A stretch of DNA of 40,132 bases from an uncultured Clostridia bacterium (GTDB taxonomy: Bacteria > Bacillota > Clostridia > Christensenellales > UBA1242), in NCBI GenBank assembly GCA_944384475.1, contig CALWTN010000034.1, forward strand, positions 1-40,132. The letters are read 5' to 3'. The notes under the pieces were generated by a model. That model had not been told where the DNA came from. It did no database searches and was given only the letters and a program-made list of their open reading frames with translations. The translations under genes and the position numbers were made by a program. Below, piece after piece: positions 18,208 to 27,644 of the stretch (its first letter is position 1; each line of letters starts with the position of its first letter).

Positions 18208-18345
18208 TTATAAACTTCTGCCGTCTATCTCTTTAACTTTTTTATTTTCAAAAGAAACTTCTTTTTCTGTTTCTGGCGGCAAATTTGCACCAATAGCCCT
18301 GCAAGTACGCCCACAAACTGTTGTCCTATTTTTAATTATTGGCAT
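18208..18345 (-). CDS. 45-aa microprotein of unknown function
   Basis: Hand translated: MPIIKNRTTVCGRTCRAIGANLPPETEKEVSFENKKVKEIDGRSL. It has a strong SD (TAAGGAGGTTGAA then ATG), a possible own promoter (TTTACA, 17 nt, TATATT) and its own terminator. The opposite-strand ORF 18200-18397 in the track lacks all of these. Confidence 0.5.
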   Translation of the reverse strand: MPIIKNRTTVCGRTCRAIGANLPPETEKEVSFENKKVKEIDGRSL

Positions 18346-18451
18346 TTCAACCTCCTTACTAACAGCCTTAATATATCACAAAAATTTTAAAATGTAAATA
18401 GTTTTTTAAAAAATTTTTAATATATTTTTTCACCTTTATTTTAAAGCGTTA

Positions 18452-20185
18452 TCACATTTTATCGGGCACTTCGATTGCCAAAATATCGCACGCTTCTTCG
18501 ATAAATTTCAACACGATTTTAAGCAAAGTTAAGTGTGCACTTTGAAGGCTTTTATCTTGTTCTGACAAAATGTGGCAAGAGTTGTAAAAACTTGAAAACG
18601 CACTTGCAAGATCATACAAACTTCCGCAAAGATCGTTTAGACTTTTGTTTTCAAAACATATGCGATAAGACGAGGCCAAACGGTTTAGCGAGATAAGCAT
18701 TTCTTTATGCTGCGCCGAGAAATTGAAATTATTTTCAAACTTTGGTGCTTTTGATAAAATTGATTTAATCCTGCATGCTGTGTATTGAATGTATGGCCCT
18801 GTTTTGCCATCAAACGACAGCACTCTGTCAACATCAAAGTTATAGTCTTTTTCAACACTGTTGGATAGATCGGCAAACTTTAATGCGGCGTTGCCAATCT
18901 TGCGCTTTAAGTCATCATCATGCTCAGTGCCGTTTTCAACAAGTTTTTGTTCGGCTTTTTCGTAAAGCATATTCAAAAGGTCGCTTAACTGCATGTTGCC
19001 GCCGTCACGAGTTTTAAGCGCCTTGCCGTCCTTGCCGTTTATCGTGCCAAAGCCTGTGTGCAACAAAAGTTGCTCTTGCGGCGAAATGCCCGACTTTTTG
19101 CACGCCCTGAAAATTTGAATAAACCTTTGATTTTGCCTTGCATCGGTGAAATAATGAATGATGTCAGGATGATAAAACTTGTTTCTATAATATATCGTTG
19201 CAATGTCGCTGGTTTCATATTTATCGCCGCCATTTGACTTTTTAAGCATCAGCGGCGGCATTGGATTTTCATATCTCTGCACTTCGTCAGGCGACTTTTT
19301 TGGAATTGGAATTTGTTCGCCTTCTTCGGCAACATCCACCACAAGCGCACCTTCGCTTATGCGAGAAAGTTTTTTCTCTTCAAAAATTTTCAATATGGTT
19401 GAAACATATTCGCTTGCATTGCTTTCGCCGTTCCATAAATCAAAATCGACATTCAAAAGACGGCAAACTTTTTTAATTTCTGCAACCGAAACATCCCTAA
19501 GCTTCTTCCAAAAATCATAATAAGGCTGCTGCTTTTGCTGGAAAAATAGTGTGATTTGCTCTGCGCGCTGCTTAAACTTTTCATCTTGCATTTTAAGTTG
19601 GCTTGCCTGCGGATATGCTGTGTTCATCACTTCAATGGTAAGCTGCTTTTTGCCAGAGTAATAGTCGCCAAACACACCTTGCTTTTCAAGCATTGCCATG
19701 ATAAGCCCCATAGGCATGCCCCAATCGCCGAGAAAAATGTCGCTTACGGTTTCAAAGCCAAGTTTTCGATAAAGCCTTTTAAAGGCCTCGCCAATGTTAA
19801 ACGAGCGCATGTGCCCAATATGCATAGCCTTGCCAATGTTTGGCCCGCCGTAATCTAAAAAGATTTTTTTGCCGCCTCCCAAATTGAATTGCTGAGAAAG
19901 CAAAACCTGCGACATATGCTTTAACCCTTGGTTTGTAAGGGTTATGTTAATAAACGCTGGGCGAGCCACCGAAAAGGTAAAAAATTGATTTTGAGGGATT
20001 GCTTCAACAATTTGGCAAGCTAAATCATACGGATTTTTGCCAAGTTTTTTGGCAACTGCAAAGCAAGAGTTGCATTGAAAATCACATAAATTTGGCATTG
20101 CAGAAAAAGATACGCAAAAATTTTCATCAATATTTTGCGTTTTTGCCGCTTCGCATAAAAGTTTTTGAATTTCGCTTCTAATCAA
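18452..20185 (-). CDS. argS: Arginine--tRNA ligase
   Basis: 577 aa. Class I HIGH motif (GPNIGKAMHIGHMRS), ArgRS-type N-terminal and anticodon-binding regions, C-terminal M typical of ArgRS. TTG start overlaps the recR stop (TTGA). Confidence 0.93.
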   Translation of the reverse strand: MIRSEIQKLLCEAAKTQNIDENFCVSFSAMPNLCDFQCNSCFAVAKKLGKNPYDLACQIVEAIPQNQFFTFSVARPAFINITLTNQGLKHMSQVLLSQQFNLGGGKKIFLDYGGPNIGKAMHIGHMRSFNIGEAFKRLYRKLGFETVSDIFLGDWGMPMGLIMAMLEKQGVFGDYYSGKKQLTIEVMNTAYPQASQLKMQDEKFKQRAEQITLFFQQKQQPYYDFWKKLRDVSVAEIKKVCRLLNVDFDLWNGESNASEYVSTILKIFEEKKLSRISEGALVVDVAEEGEQIPIPKKSPDEVQRYENPMPPLMLKKSNGGDKYETSDIATIYYRNKFYHPDIIHYFTDARQNQRFIQIFRACKKSGISPQEQLLLHTGFGTINGKDGKALKTRDGGNMQLSDLLNMLYEKAEQKLVENGTEHDDDLKRKIGNAALKFADLSNSVEKDYNFDVDRVLSFDGKTGPYIQYTACRIKSILSKAPKFENNFNFSAQHKEMLISLNRLASSYRICFENKSLNDLCGSLYDLASAFSSFYNSCHILSEQDKSLQSAHLTLLKIVLKFIEEACDILAIEVPDKM

Positions 20186-20775
20186 ATTTCAACTCTTCCT
20201 TCCATCGCCTTTGAAAGTGTGATTTCATCGGCGTATTCTAAATCGCTGCCAGTGGAGATTCCTTGTGCCAGCCTGGTAACTTTAATGCCCATAGGTTTTA
20301 ATATTTTTGCCACATACATTGCAGTGGCATCGCCTTCAACATCTGGTGGAGTTGCCATGATGACTTCCTCAGTGCCAAGCTGATTGATGCGTTGCAAAAG
20401 CTGCTTGATGTGGATGTCGTTTGGGCCTTTGTTTTCAAGCGGACTGATAAGCCCAAAAAGCACGTGATACACACCATCAAAACTTTTGATTTTTTCCATA
20501 GAAAGAATATCTTTTGGCTCTTTAACAACGCAAATGGTTTTTCCACTTCGGCTTTGGCAAATGTCGCAAACGTCTTTATCTGTATAGTTTCCGCACTTTT
20601 GGCAAAGCCCAATTTTGTTTTTAACGTCCTTTAAAGCCTCGGCAAAATTTTCGGCACGCTCGCTGCTGCCTTCAATTATTGAATAAGCATAGCGCTGAGC
20701 GGTTTTATACCCCACACCTGGAAGGCTTCTAAAATATTCGATTAGTCTTTCAATCGGTTCGTCAAATTTAGCCAT
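20182..20775 (-). CDS. recR: Recombination protein RecR
   Basis: 197 aa. Motifs are LPGVGYKTAQRYAY (HhH), the C4 zinc finger CQKCGNYTDKDVCDIC, and Toprim (ICVVKEPKDILSMEK...). Confidence 0.96.
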   Translation of the reverse strand: MAKFDEPIERLIEYFRSLPGVGYKTAQRYAYSIIEGSSERAENFAEALKDVKNKIGLCQKCGNYTDKDVCDICQSRSGKTICVVKEPKDILSMEKIKSFDGVYHVLFGLISPLENKGPNDIHIKQLLQRINQLGTEEVIMATPPDVEGDATAMYVAKILKPMGIKVTRLAQGISTGSDLEYADEITLSKAMEGRVEI

Positions 20776-20777
20776 TT

Positions 20778-21095
20778 TTACATTCCTGGAATTTGAGGAA
20801 TTGTTTGCTTTTCCTCAATATCAATTTTAGCCATAACATCATTGAATGCTGAGACAATCAAATCTTCCAGCATTTCAACGTCATCTGGATCGACAACTTC
20901 TTTTTTAATCTTAATTTGTTTAAGGGTTTTGTCGCCAAGCATAGTGATCTCCACCATGCCTCCGCCGACAACGCTGGAAAACTCCTTAGCGTCAAGCTCC
21001 TCTCTCGCTCTTTGCATCTCTTGCTGCATTTTTTGAGCTTGGCGCATGAGTTGTTGCATATTGCCTCCGCCAAAACCGCCAAAACCGTATCCCAT
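20778..21095 (-). CDS. ybaB: Nucleoid-associated protein YbaB/EbfC
   Basis: 105 aa with SD GGAGG. It has NMQQLMRQAQKMQQEMQRA...GGGMVEITMLGDKTLKQIKI and the conserved dnaX-ybaB-recR context. Confidence 0.93.
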   Translation of the reverse strand: MGYGFGGFGGGNMQQLMRQAQKMQQEMQRAREELDAKEFSSVVGGGMVEITMLGDKTLKQIKIKKEVVDPDDVEMLEDLIVSAFNDVMAKIDIEEKQTIPQIPGM

Positions 21096-21106
21096 ATTAA
21101 CCTCCG

Positions 21107-21472
21107 TTATTTTATAATTTTAACTTTGTTGCCAAACATTTTGATAAGCACCTCTTCGTCCTGCTGCGCTGTGCTTGGCAAAATTTCTTTTTCTTTGATG
21201 TCAACACCAAGTTCAAGCCCTTGCCAACTTAGTGCCCTCTCAATTTCACGCTTGCCTTCTTGCAAAAGAGACATAACCGTTTTATCAGGAGTGATGATCT
21301 GCAAAACGCCGTCTTTAATATCTATGTCGGTAATGTCGCCGCACGCCACATGCAGCGCCACGTGCCTATGCTCTTTTAAAAACAGCACCACCTTGCCCCA
21401 AACATCTTTGATTCCAACATTTGCAACAGGCTTTTTAATTAGTTTTTTTTTGTATCCTCGCCATTTATACAA
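21107..21472 (-). CDS. dnaX: Tau-like C-terminal segment of DnaX in the -1 frame; no independent ATG or SD
   Basis: It overlaps the dnaX 0-frame ORF by 34 nt. The only start in the track is a TTG with no SD. VWGKVVLFLKEHRHVALHVACGDITDIDIKDGVLQIITPDKTVMSLLQEGKREIERAL resembles, by eye, the C-terminal domain of Firmicutes DnaX. Confidence 0.55.
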   Translation of the reverse strand: MYKWRGYKKKLIKKPVANVGIKDVWGKVVLFLKEHRHVALHVACGDITDIDIKDGVLQIITPDKTVMSLLQEGKREIERALSWQGLELGVDIKEKEILPSTAQQDEEVLIKMFGNKVKIIK

Positions 21473-22563
21473 GCAAGCGCCACGCTTTCAACCAGCAGCC
21501 TTGTGGAAAGAGCATATCTAAGTTCGCTTTCGCACGTTGCAAAATTTTGCATATACAAAATAAGCTGCTTGTCCGAAATTTTTTGTGCTTGCTCAAAATA
21601 TTTTTGCAAAACTTCATCCGAAAAGTTTAAAATTTCTTGTGGATTTTCGCACGTTTTACAAACCAACAAGTCTCGTGCATGCTTTGCCAAATCTTTTGCA
21701 AAAACTGCAAGATTTTTGCCCGAAGAGTCTATCGTGTTTACAAGCTGCAACATTCCGCCAATATCTTTGTCAATAATCTTATCAAAAAAAGAAATCAGCA
21801 AATCATGATCGGTTGTGCCAAGCACTTTCAACACGACATCCTTTGTAATCTTTCCACCAGCGTAAGCATTTATGCTGTCTGCAATCGACAAAGTGTCACG
21901 CACGCTTCCTTCTCCGCTTGCGGCAATCAACTTCATCGCCTCCTTCTGCGCCTCAATGCCCTCTTCTTTAAAAACTTTGTCAAGCACTTTGCATAAATCG
22001 TCTATTGAAAGCAACCTAAAATCAAATCTTGAGCATCGTGAAAGAATGGTTGCTGGCAACTTATGCACTTCGGTGGTTGCCAAAATGAAAATCACATACT
22101 TTGGCGGCTCTTCCAAAGTTTTAAGCAATGCGTTGAACGCACTGTCTGAAAGCATGTGCACTTCATCGATGATGTAAACTTTATATTTTGCCCCGATCGG
22201 CGCAAACTTAACTTTTTCTCTAAGCTCACGAATATCGTCAACACGGTTGTTGGAAGCAGCGTCAATTTCGACAATATTTATGTCGTTTTCACTGCTAAGC
22301 CTTTTGCAAACCTCGCATTCGCCACAAGGCGAACCTGTGGTGTTGTTTTGGCAGTTGACGGCTTTGGCAAATATTTTTGCGACACTGGTTTTCCCTGTGC
22401 CACGTGAGCCCGTAAAAAGATAGGCGTGAGAAATCTTGCCAGATAAAATCTGGTTTGCAAGAGTTTTTGTGATGTGCTCTTGTCCAACCACATCTTCAAA
22501 AATTCTTGGTCTGTATTTTCTGTATAAAGCAAGATGCATCTCTTCCATAGCCATATTATACAA
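21439..22563 (-). CDS. dnaX: DNA polymerase III subunit gamma/tau, ATPase core (0-frame product, gamma-like)
   Basis: Motifs: LYRKYRP, GQEH, Walker A GSRGTGKT, Zn module CGECEVC, Walker B IIDEVHML, sensor/SRC LSRCSRFDF. The true start is probably one of the ATGs at 22539-22554 (MAMEEMHLALY or MHLALY). Confidence 0.93.
   Translation of the reverse strand: MYNMAMEEMHLALYRKYRPRIFEDVVGQEHITKTLANQILSGKISHAYLFTGSRGTGKTSVAKIFAKAVNCQNNTTGSPCGECEVCKRLSSENDINIVEIDAASNNRVDDIRELREKVKFAPIGAKYKVYIIDEVHMLSDSAFNALLKTLEEPPKYVIFILATTEVHKLPATILSRCSRFDFRLLSIDDLCKVLDKVFKEEGIEAQKEAMKLIAASGEGSVRDTLSIADSINAYAGGKITKDVVLKVLGTTDHDLLISFFDKIIDKDIGGMLQLVNTIDSSGKNLAVFAKDLAKHARDLLVCKTCENPQEILNFSDEVLQKYFEQAQKISDKQLILYMQNFATCESELRYALSTRLLVESVALACINGEDTKKN
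21443..21451 (-). other. A9 homopolymer at the dnaX ORF junction; candidate ribosomal or transcriptional slippage site, or a homopolymer sequencing error
   Basis: Minus strand reads GAT ACA AAA AAA AAC TAA in frame 0 and GGA TAC AAA AAA AAA CTA ATT in frame -1. This is T9 on the plus strand at 21443-21451. Confidence 0.6.
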
Positions 22564-22580
22564 TGTTTCCTTTCTTTTGT

Positions 22581-23330
22581 CTACTTTATAGAATTAGCGA
22601 TATTTAAAAGCGCATTCACGTTAAGCGAAAGCCCGCCAAACAATCCGCCATCAATTCCCGTGCAACTTAAAAGCGGAGCATAATTTTTTTCGTTCAAACT
22701 TCCTCCATACAAAACCTGAATGTCACGGCTTGCCTTTTCAGAAAAGTTTTCATTGATCGCCCTTCTTATCACTTTTGCGGCATTTTCCACATCTTTAACT
22801 GATGCGTTGTTGCCCGTTCCAATCGCCCAAATAGGTTCATATGCGATAATCACACTTTCAAGCTCATTTTCATAAAGCCCTCGCAAGTCTTCATCAAGCT
22901 GTTTGCGGATGACTTCATAGGTGCGCTCAGTATTTCTATCTGCAAGCGTTTCTCCTACACAAACGATGCATTTTAAACCGTTTTTAAGCGCTGTTTTGAT
23001 TTTTTTGTTGATAAGCTTGTCACTCTCTTTAAACTTGATGCGTCTGTCGCTATGCCCAATCAGCACATATTCCACGCCTTGCGCTTTAAGCATCTTTGCG
23101 CTAACCTCGCCCGTAAAAGCGCCCTCTTCTTCATCGCTGACATTTTGAGCACCAATTTTGACAGGGCTTTGATTTGTTAAAAACTTCGCCAAAGGAATGT
23201 CAAGATACGCCGGGCAAATCACAACATCCGCACGCACGCCAGTGAAAAGTGAAACAAACTTAATAAAGTAGTTTTTAACATCACTAGGCTGCTGATTCAT
23301 TTTAAAATTTGCAACTATCAGTTTTTTCAT
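22581..23330 (-). CDS. tpiA: Triosephosphate isomerase
   Basis: 249 aa. Motifs: ANFKMN, IGHSDRR, AYEPIWAIGTG, YGGS. Its ATG overlaps the pgk stop (ATGA). Confidence 0.96.
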   Translation of the reverse strand: MKKLIVANFKMNQQPSDVKNYFIKFVSLFTGVRADVVICPAYLDIPLAKFLTNQSPVKIGAQNVSDEEEGAFTGEVSAKMLKAQGVEYVLIGHSDRRIKFKESDKLINKKIKTALKNGLKCIVCVGETLADRNTERTYEVIRKQLDEDLRGLYENELESVIIAYEPIWAIGTGNNASVKDVENAAKVIRRAINENFSEKASRDIQVLYGGSLNEKNYAPLLSCTGIDGGLFGGLSLNVNALLNIANSIK

Positions 23331-24508
23331 ATATATTTCTCCTGAATAACTTCTATTCCCGCAAGCGTACCACCTTCCAAAAGTTTAAGTGTCGCTCCTC
23401 CGCCAGTTGAAACATGGTTTATCAAGTTAAGGCAATGCGCTTGTTTAACCGCACTCACGCTGTCTCCACCACCAACTATGGAATAGGCTTTGCTGTGCCC
23501 AATCGCTTTGGCAATTTCAAACGTGCCTTTTTTAAATTTGTCATCTTCATATTTGCCAAGCGGCCCATTCCAGATCACCTGCTTAGCTCCGTCAATTTCC
23601 TTTTCAAACATTTTGATTGTTTTAGGGCCTATATCGCTGCCCACCATGTCGCCAGTAAGTATATCTGTGGTAAACGGCCTTTGTTTTTTATCGTTAAAAT
23701 TATATGCAACATGATCAACAGGCAGCAAAACTTTTTTGCCAAGTCTGTTGGCCTCCTGCAAAATTTCTTCAGCAACTTTGACGCTGTCTAGATTAGAAAA
23801 ACTTCTTCCAATCGTTTGCCCTTGCGCCATTAAAAAGGAGTATGCCATTGCTCCACCAATCAGCACGCTGTCAGCAGTTTTTAATATATTTGTTATTGCT
23901 TTGATTTTGTCTTCTACCTTGGCGCCTCCAAAAATTGCCACAAATGGTTGTTGTGGATTTGCAAGTGCGTTGGTTATAAGATTGATTTCGTTCTCCACCA
24001 AAAAGCCTATCGCATTTGGCAACAACCTTGCCACGCCGTAAGTAGAAGCATGCCTTCTATGTGCGCAACCAAAAGCGTCGTTGACATAGATGTCTGCCAG
24101 CGAAGCGAGTTGTTTTGCAAAATTAGGATCGTTTTCGGTCTCTTCTTTATAAAACCTGACATTTTCAAGCAGTAAGATAGAGCCGTTTGAAAGGCTGTTG
24201 GCCTGCTCTAAAACCTCATCTCCTACAACCTTATGAGCAAACTGCACTTTGCCAGGGAAATATTTCATAAGCATAAGCGAAACTGGCCAAAGCGAAAGAC
24301 GGAAGTCAAACCCCTTTGGTCTGCCCAAATGCGAACAAATAATCACTCTTGCGCCACGCTCTACCAAATATTTAATAGTTGGCAGTTCGTTTGTAAGACG
24401 TGTGGTGTCAGTAAATCTGCCCACCTTGTCCATTGGCAAGTTAAAATCTGCCCTCAGCAAAATTTTTTTACCTTCAATATTAACTAAATCTCTGATGCTT
24501 CTCTTCAC
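23327..24508 (-). CDS. pgk: Phosphoglycerate kinase
   Basis: 393 aa, GTG start after TAGGAGG. Motifs: RADFNLP, HLGRPKG, NVRFYKEE, GGAKVEDKI, WNGPLG, STGGGA. Confidence 0.96.
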   Translation of the reverse strand: MKRSIRDLVNIEGKKILLRADFNLPMDKVGRFTDTTRLTNELPTIKYLVERGARVIICSHLGRPKGFDFRLSLWPVSLMLMKYFPGKVQFAHKVVGDEVLEQANSLSNGSILLLENVRFYKEETENDPNFAKQLASLADIYVNDAFGCAHRRHASTYGVARLLPNAIGFLVENEINLITNALANPQQPFVAIFGGAKVEDKIKAITNILKTADSVLIGGAMAYSFLMAQGQTIGRSFSNLDSVKVAEEILQEANRLGKKVLLPVDHVAYNFNDKKQRPFTTDILTGDMVGSDIGPKTIKMFEKEIDGAKQVIWNGPLGKYEDDKFKKGTFEIAKAIGHSKAYSIVGGGDSVSAVKQAHCLNLINHVSTGGGATLKLLEGGTLAGIEVIQEKYI

Positions 24509-24542
24509 AAAAGCCTCCTATAAATAATATACTCTATTTCTT

Positions 24543-25460
24543 TCACATTTCAAAATGATTGATAAATCTTTGAAAGATTTTTAAACTTTCGTCAATGTTT
24601 GTCATAAGCGCAAAGTTTTGTTTTAAACGAGTTGGCATGCCAAGTTTTGCAGCATAAGATAAAAAGTGCTTGCGAAGATAAAGCGTCAGCCACTTGTCAG
24701 CATAATATTTTCGCAAAATTTCAACGTGAGAACAGATGCATTTCCACTCATCCGCCTTGCTTGCAAATTTTAACTGGCTAAATATCCACGGACTGCCCAC
24801 AGCGCCTCTGCCAATCATAACACCATCAACACCCGTTTGTAACATGCGCCTGCACGAAGCCTCGTCCGTTACATCGCCATTTCCAAAGACGGGAATTTTT
24901 ACGCTTTGCTTTGCAAGCGCAATGCTATCGTAGTCCACCCTGCCTGAAAACATCTGTTTGGTGGTTCTGCCATGCACTGTGATAAAATCTGCCCCATTTT
25001 CTTGACATATTTTGGCAATTTCAGCCACATTTGGACTATCAAATCCAATCCTGACTTTAACCGAAAGCGGCTTGCTTGTCGCTTTTCTGCATTCGGCAAT
25101 AATTTTTGCTGCATTCGGCAAGTCTTTTAAAAGCGCCGAGCCTTCTCCATTCTTGACAACCTTTGGTGCTGGGCAGCCCATGTTTATATCAATGCCGTCA
25201 AATTTTTCTAGCAACGGATTTTTCACTGCCTCAGCCATAACCGCCGCATCCTTTCCAAAAATTTGAGCAAACACATGTTTTTCGTTTTCACCACGCACTG
25301 CCATATCTTTGGTTTTGGCACTGTCATACTTCATTGCCTGCGAAGAGAGCATTTCACTGAAACAAAGATCTGCACCGCAATCGCTGCAAACCTGCCTAAA
25401 CCCCACATCGCTATACCCCGCCATTGGAGCGAGCAAAAACTTTGTGTCAATCTTTTCCAC
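24543..25460 (-). CDS. dus: tRNA-dihydrouridine synthase
   Basis: 305 aa. Motifs: LAPMAGYSDVGFR, DINMGCPAPKV, GSALL, VKVRIG, ITVHGRT, GNGD. The GTG start has no clear SD, so the start is uncertain. Confidence 0.9.
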   Translation of the reverse strand: MEKIDTKFLLAPMAGYSDVGFRQVCSDCGADLCFSEMLSSQAMKYDSAKTKDMAVRGENEKHVFAQIFGKDAAVMAEAVKNPLLEKFDGIDINMGCPAPKVVKNGEGSALLKDLPNAAKIIAECRKATSKPLSVKVRIGFDSPNVAEIAKICQENGADFITVHGRTTKQMFSGRVDYDSIALAKQSVKIPVFGNGDVTDEASCRRMLQTGVDGVMIGRGAVGSPWIFSQLKFASKADEWKCICSHVEILRKYYADKWLTLYLRKHFLSYAAKLGMPTRLKQNFALMTNIDESLKIFQRFINHFEM

Positions 25461-25498
25461 AAATGTATTTTATCAAAATTTAGCAAATCAACAAAGCG

Positions 25499-27037
25499 TT
25501 ATTCAAGATTGCTTGTGTTATTTTGTTTGCTTTTAAATTTGTTTAAAATTTCGCCAAGCGACTCCGCTAAAATTGGATATGTTAAAAAAGCATAGATGCA
25601 TGCACCTATCAACACGCTAAAAACTATTTGCAAAATTAAAGAGAGTGAAACGCTGGATAGAAAATAGGCTATCGCCATCGTCATTGCAATCGAAGATAGA
25701 AGAGGAAGCGATAGGTCGAAAAACCCAATCGATATTTTTTTCTTGTTTTTTATCAGCGCCATTATGCAAACAGTGCCAGAAAGAGCAATATTGCCAACGA
25801 CAACTCCATATATATTCACCGCAGGAAGTGCACAAAGCACATACACGCAAACAATTTTCAACAAACCGCCTAAAATATAGGCGCTCATACAGTAACCAAA
25901 CTTGCCTTTTGCTTGCAAAAGCGCTATAAAAAATTGCATGAGCGCAGAAATAATCACCGAGGCAGAACCCAAGTATGTCAGCTGCACTGCATAGTCTAAC
26001 ATAGCGGCATCAAGCGAAGGATAAACCAAACCGTAAAGCGGTCTGCAAATGCTGCAAAGCCCAAAAACTATTGGCAAAAGCACCAGCCACATGATTTTTA
26101 GCGCTTTGGCGACGGCCTTGTTGCCGTCTTGCGAAAGTTGCGCCTCCATATATGAAATTGTTGGCAACATTGCCACAGAAATGGAGGTTGAAATGATCAG
26201 CGGAAAGTTTAAAATTGCGCCGACAACGCCTGTTTGCAAGCCGAACAACTGCGTTGCTATCTGTGCAGAAAAACCCGCTTTTGAAAGACGAGAAACGACA
26301 ATCAAACTGTCAACAGCCGCCACAAATGGCAGCACCGCTGCACCAAAAGAAAGCGGAAGCGCCGCTTTAAAAAATGGAAAGGCTATGTGGTTGACTTTTT
26401 CGCCAACTAGTTTAGCTTTAAAATGCATGCTGATTGAAAGAAAGATTATCGCTGCGAGTTCGCCTGCCGTTACCCCTAAAAAAGCGCCAAACACACCTGC
26501 CTCCAATCCCTTTTTGCCAAGCACAAAACTTATCCCAAGCCCCAAAGCGAACTTAAACACCTGTTCCAAAATTTGGCTGATAGCAGTTGGCGTCATATTT
26601 TCGTAACCTTGAAAGACGCCTCGCATCGCCGCAATAACCCCGCCAAAAGGAATAAGCAAAACCATCAACCTGTAAGAAAGTGCAGCAGAAAGCGCGCCCT
26701 GAAAAGCAGCAATCTTTGTTGCAAAAACAAACAATAGCAATCCGCCCAAAAATCCAAATATTAAGCTGTAAAGAAGTGCAACCTTGACAAGCGACTTAAT
26801 TTTTGCCAAATCGCCCCTTGCTCTTGCCTGTGAAACAAATTTTGAAAGCGCCGTTGCCACACCTCCGCTTGTTAAGACAAGGGCGAAAGAATAAATTGAC
26901 ATAACCATTTGAAACACACCAATCCCCTCAATTCCCAAAATGGAGGTCAGAGGCAACCTAAAAAAAGCGCCCAAAAGTTTGCAAATAAGCCCGCTTAAAA
27001 TTAAAATTATTGTCCCTTTCCCAATACTTTTGCTCAT
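25499..27037 (-). CDS. MOP-superfamily flippase (SpoVB / YtgP / MurJ-like)
   Basis: Start is taken at MSKSIGKG (ATG 27037), giving 512 aa. It has about 14 hydrophobic segments. N-terminus GTIILILSGLICKLLGAFFRLPLTSILGIEGIGVFQMVMSIYSF matches the SpoVB/polysaccharide-biosynthesis-protein consensus. Confidence 0.8.
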   Translation of the reverse strand: MSKSIGKGTIILILSGLICKLLGAFFRLPLTSILGIEGIGVFQMVMSIYSFALVLTSGGVATALSKFVSQARARGDLAKIKSLVKVALLYSLIFGFLGGLLLFVFATKIAAFQGALSAALSYRLMVLLIPFGGVIAAMRGVFQGYENMTPTAISQILEQVFKFALGLGISFVLGKKGLEAGVFGAFLGVTAGELAAIIFLSISMHFKAKLVGEKVNHIAFPFFKAALPLSFGAAVLPFVAAVDSLIVVSRLSKAGFSAQIATQLFGLQTGVVGAILNFPLIISTSISVAMLPTISYMEAQLSQDGNKAVAKALKIMWLVLLPIVFGLCSICRPLYGLVYPSLDAAMLDYAVQLTYLGSASVIISALMQFFIALLQAKGKFGYCMSAYILGGLLKIVCVYVLCALPAVNIYGVVVGNIALSGTVCIMALIKNKKKISIGFFDLSLPLLSSIAMTMAIAYFLSSVSLSLILQIVFSVLIGACIYAFLTYPILAESLGEILNKFKSKQNNTSNLE

Positions 27038-27136
27038 AAAATTAGTTTGAGCGTAAATAAAAAAAGTTATACAAAGGGTATTTACAAAATAAAATTTATG
27101 TGATATAATTTTGTTAGTTGTAAAAGGAGAAGGTAT

Positions 27137-27616
27137 ATGGAAGAACGCACATCGCAACCTTTTGTTAAACGAACAGCGGTTCGAGTAGACAAATATTGCC
27201 AATTAATGGTTTTTATAGGAATGTCAGCTTACTGGGAAAAAGAAGCCTTTCCACCTGCAATTGATACATTTTTGAAAGAAGATCCAGATGGAAACGATCA
27301 AATAAAATTATGCCAAGATTTTTTAAAATTGTTTGTGGATAATTTAAATAAAGGCGCAGCTGACTATCAATGTTTTCAAGCAATTAAAGCAAATTTTGAC
27401 GTTGATCGCTCAAAATACTCGGCATATTACAATTCGCTCAACTCTCTGCCTTGCTTTGATTTGGTTTCTTTTATAAACACAGTGACGGTAAAAACTCCTG
27501 ACGGCAAAATGGCTTTGAACAAAAACGCCAAAGACGATACACTGCTTGCAAGACAGGTCAACGCCGCAATGCAACAGGTGTTTAAGCCTTTAAACATACA
27601 ACCGCTTCAACTTTAA
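27137..27616 (+). CDS. Hypothetical cytoplasmic protein (159 aa)
   Basis: SD AAAGGAGAAGG precedes the ATG, and a terminator follows. I recognise no family. Confidence 0.6.
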   Translation: MEERTSQPFVKRTAVRVDKYCQLMVFIGMSAYWEKEAFPPAIDTFLKEDPDGNDQIKLCQDFLKLFVDNLNKGAADYQCFQAIKANFDVDRSKYSAYYNSLNSLPCFDLVSFINTVTVKTPDGKMALNKNAKDDTLLARQVNAAMQQVFKPLNIQPLQL

Positions 27617-27644
27617 AAAAGAAGGATTTCTCCTTCTTTTTTTT
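27614..27644. terminator. Bidirectional rho-independent terminator between convergent genes
   Basis: A6 / AGAAGGA / TTTC / TCCTTCT / T7-8. Confidence 0.8.

Noticed and set aside
18200-18397. Plus-strand 65-aa ORF from the track.
   Set aside because: It has no SD or promoter. The opposite strand carries a 45-aa ORF with a strong SD, a promoter-like element and a terminator, which better explains the open frame.
27038-27202. N-terminal extensions in the ORF track for the flippase (27038-27202), hydrogenase (4893-4976), prfA (31764-31823), the DUF1385-prmC fusion (33460-33465), the giant gene (6275-6337) and the HicB-like gene (18118-18162).
   Set aside because: The downstream ATGs have proper Shine-Dalgarno sequences and give canonical N-termini. 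The extensions overlap neighbouring genes or promoters.
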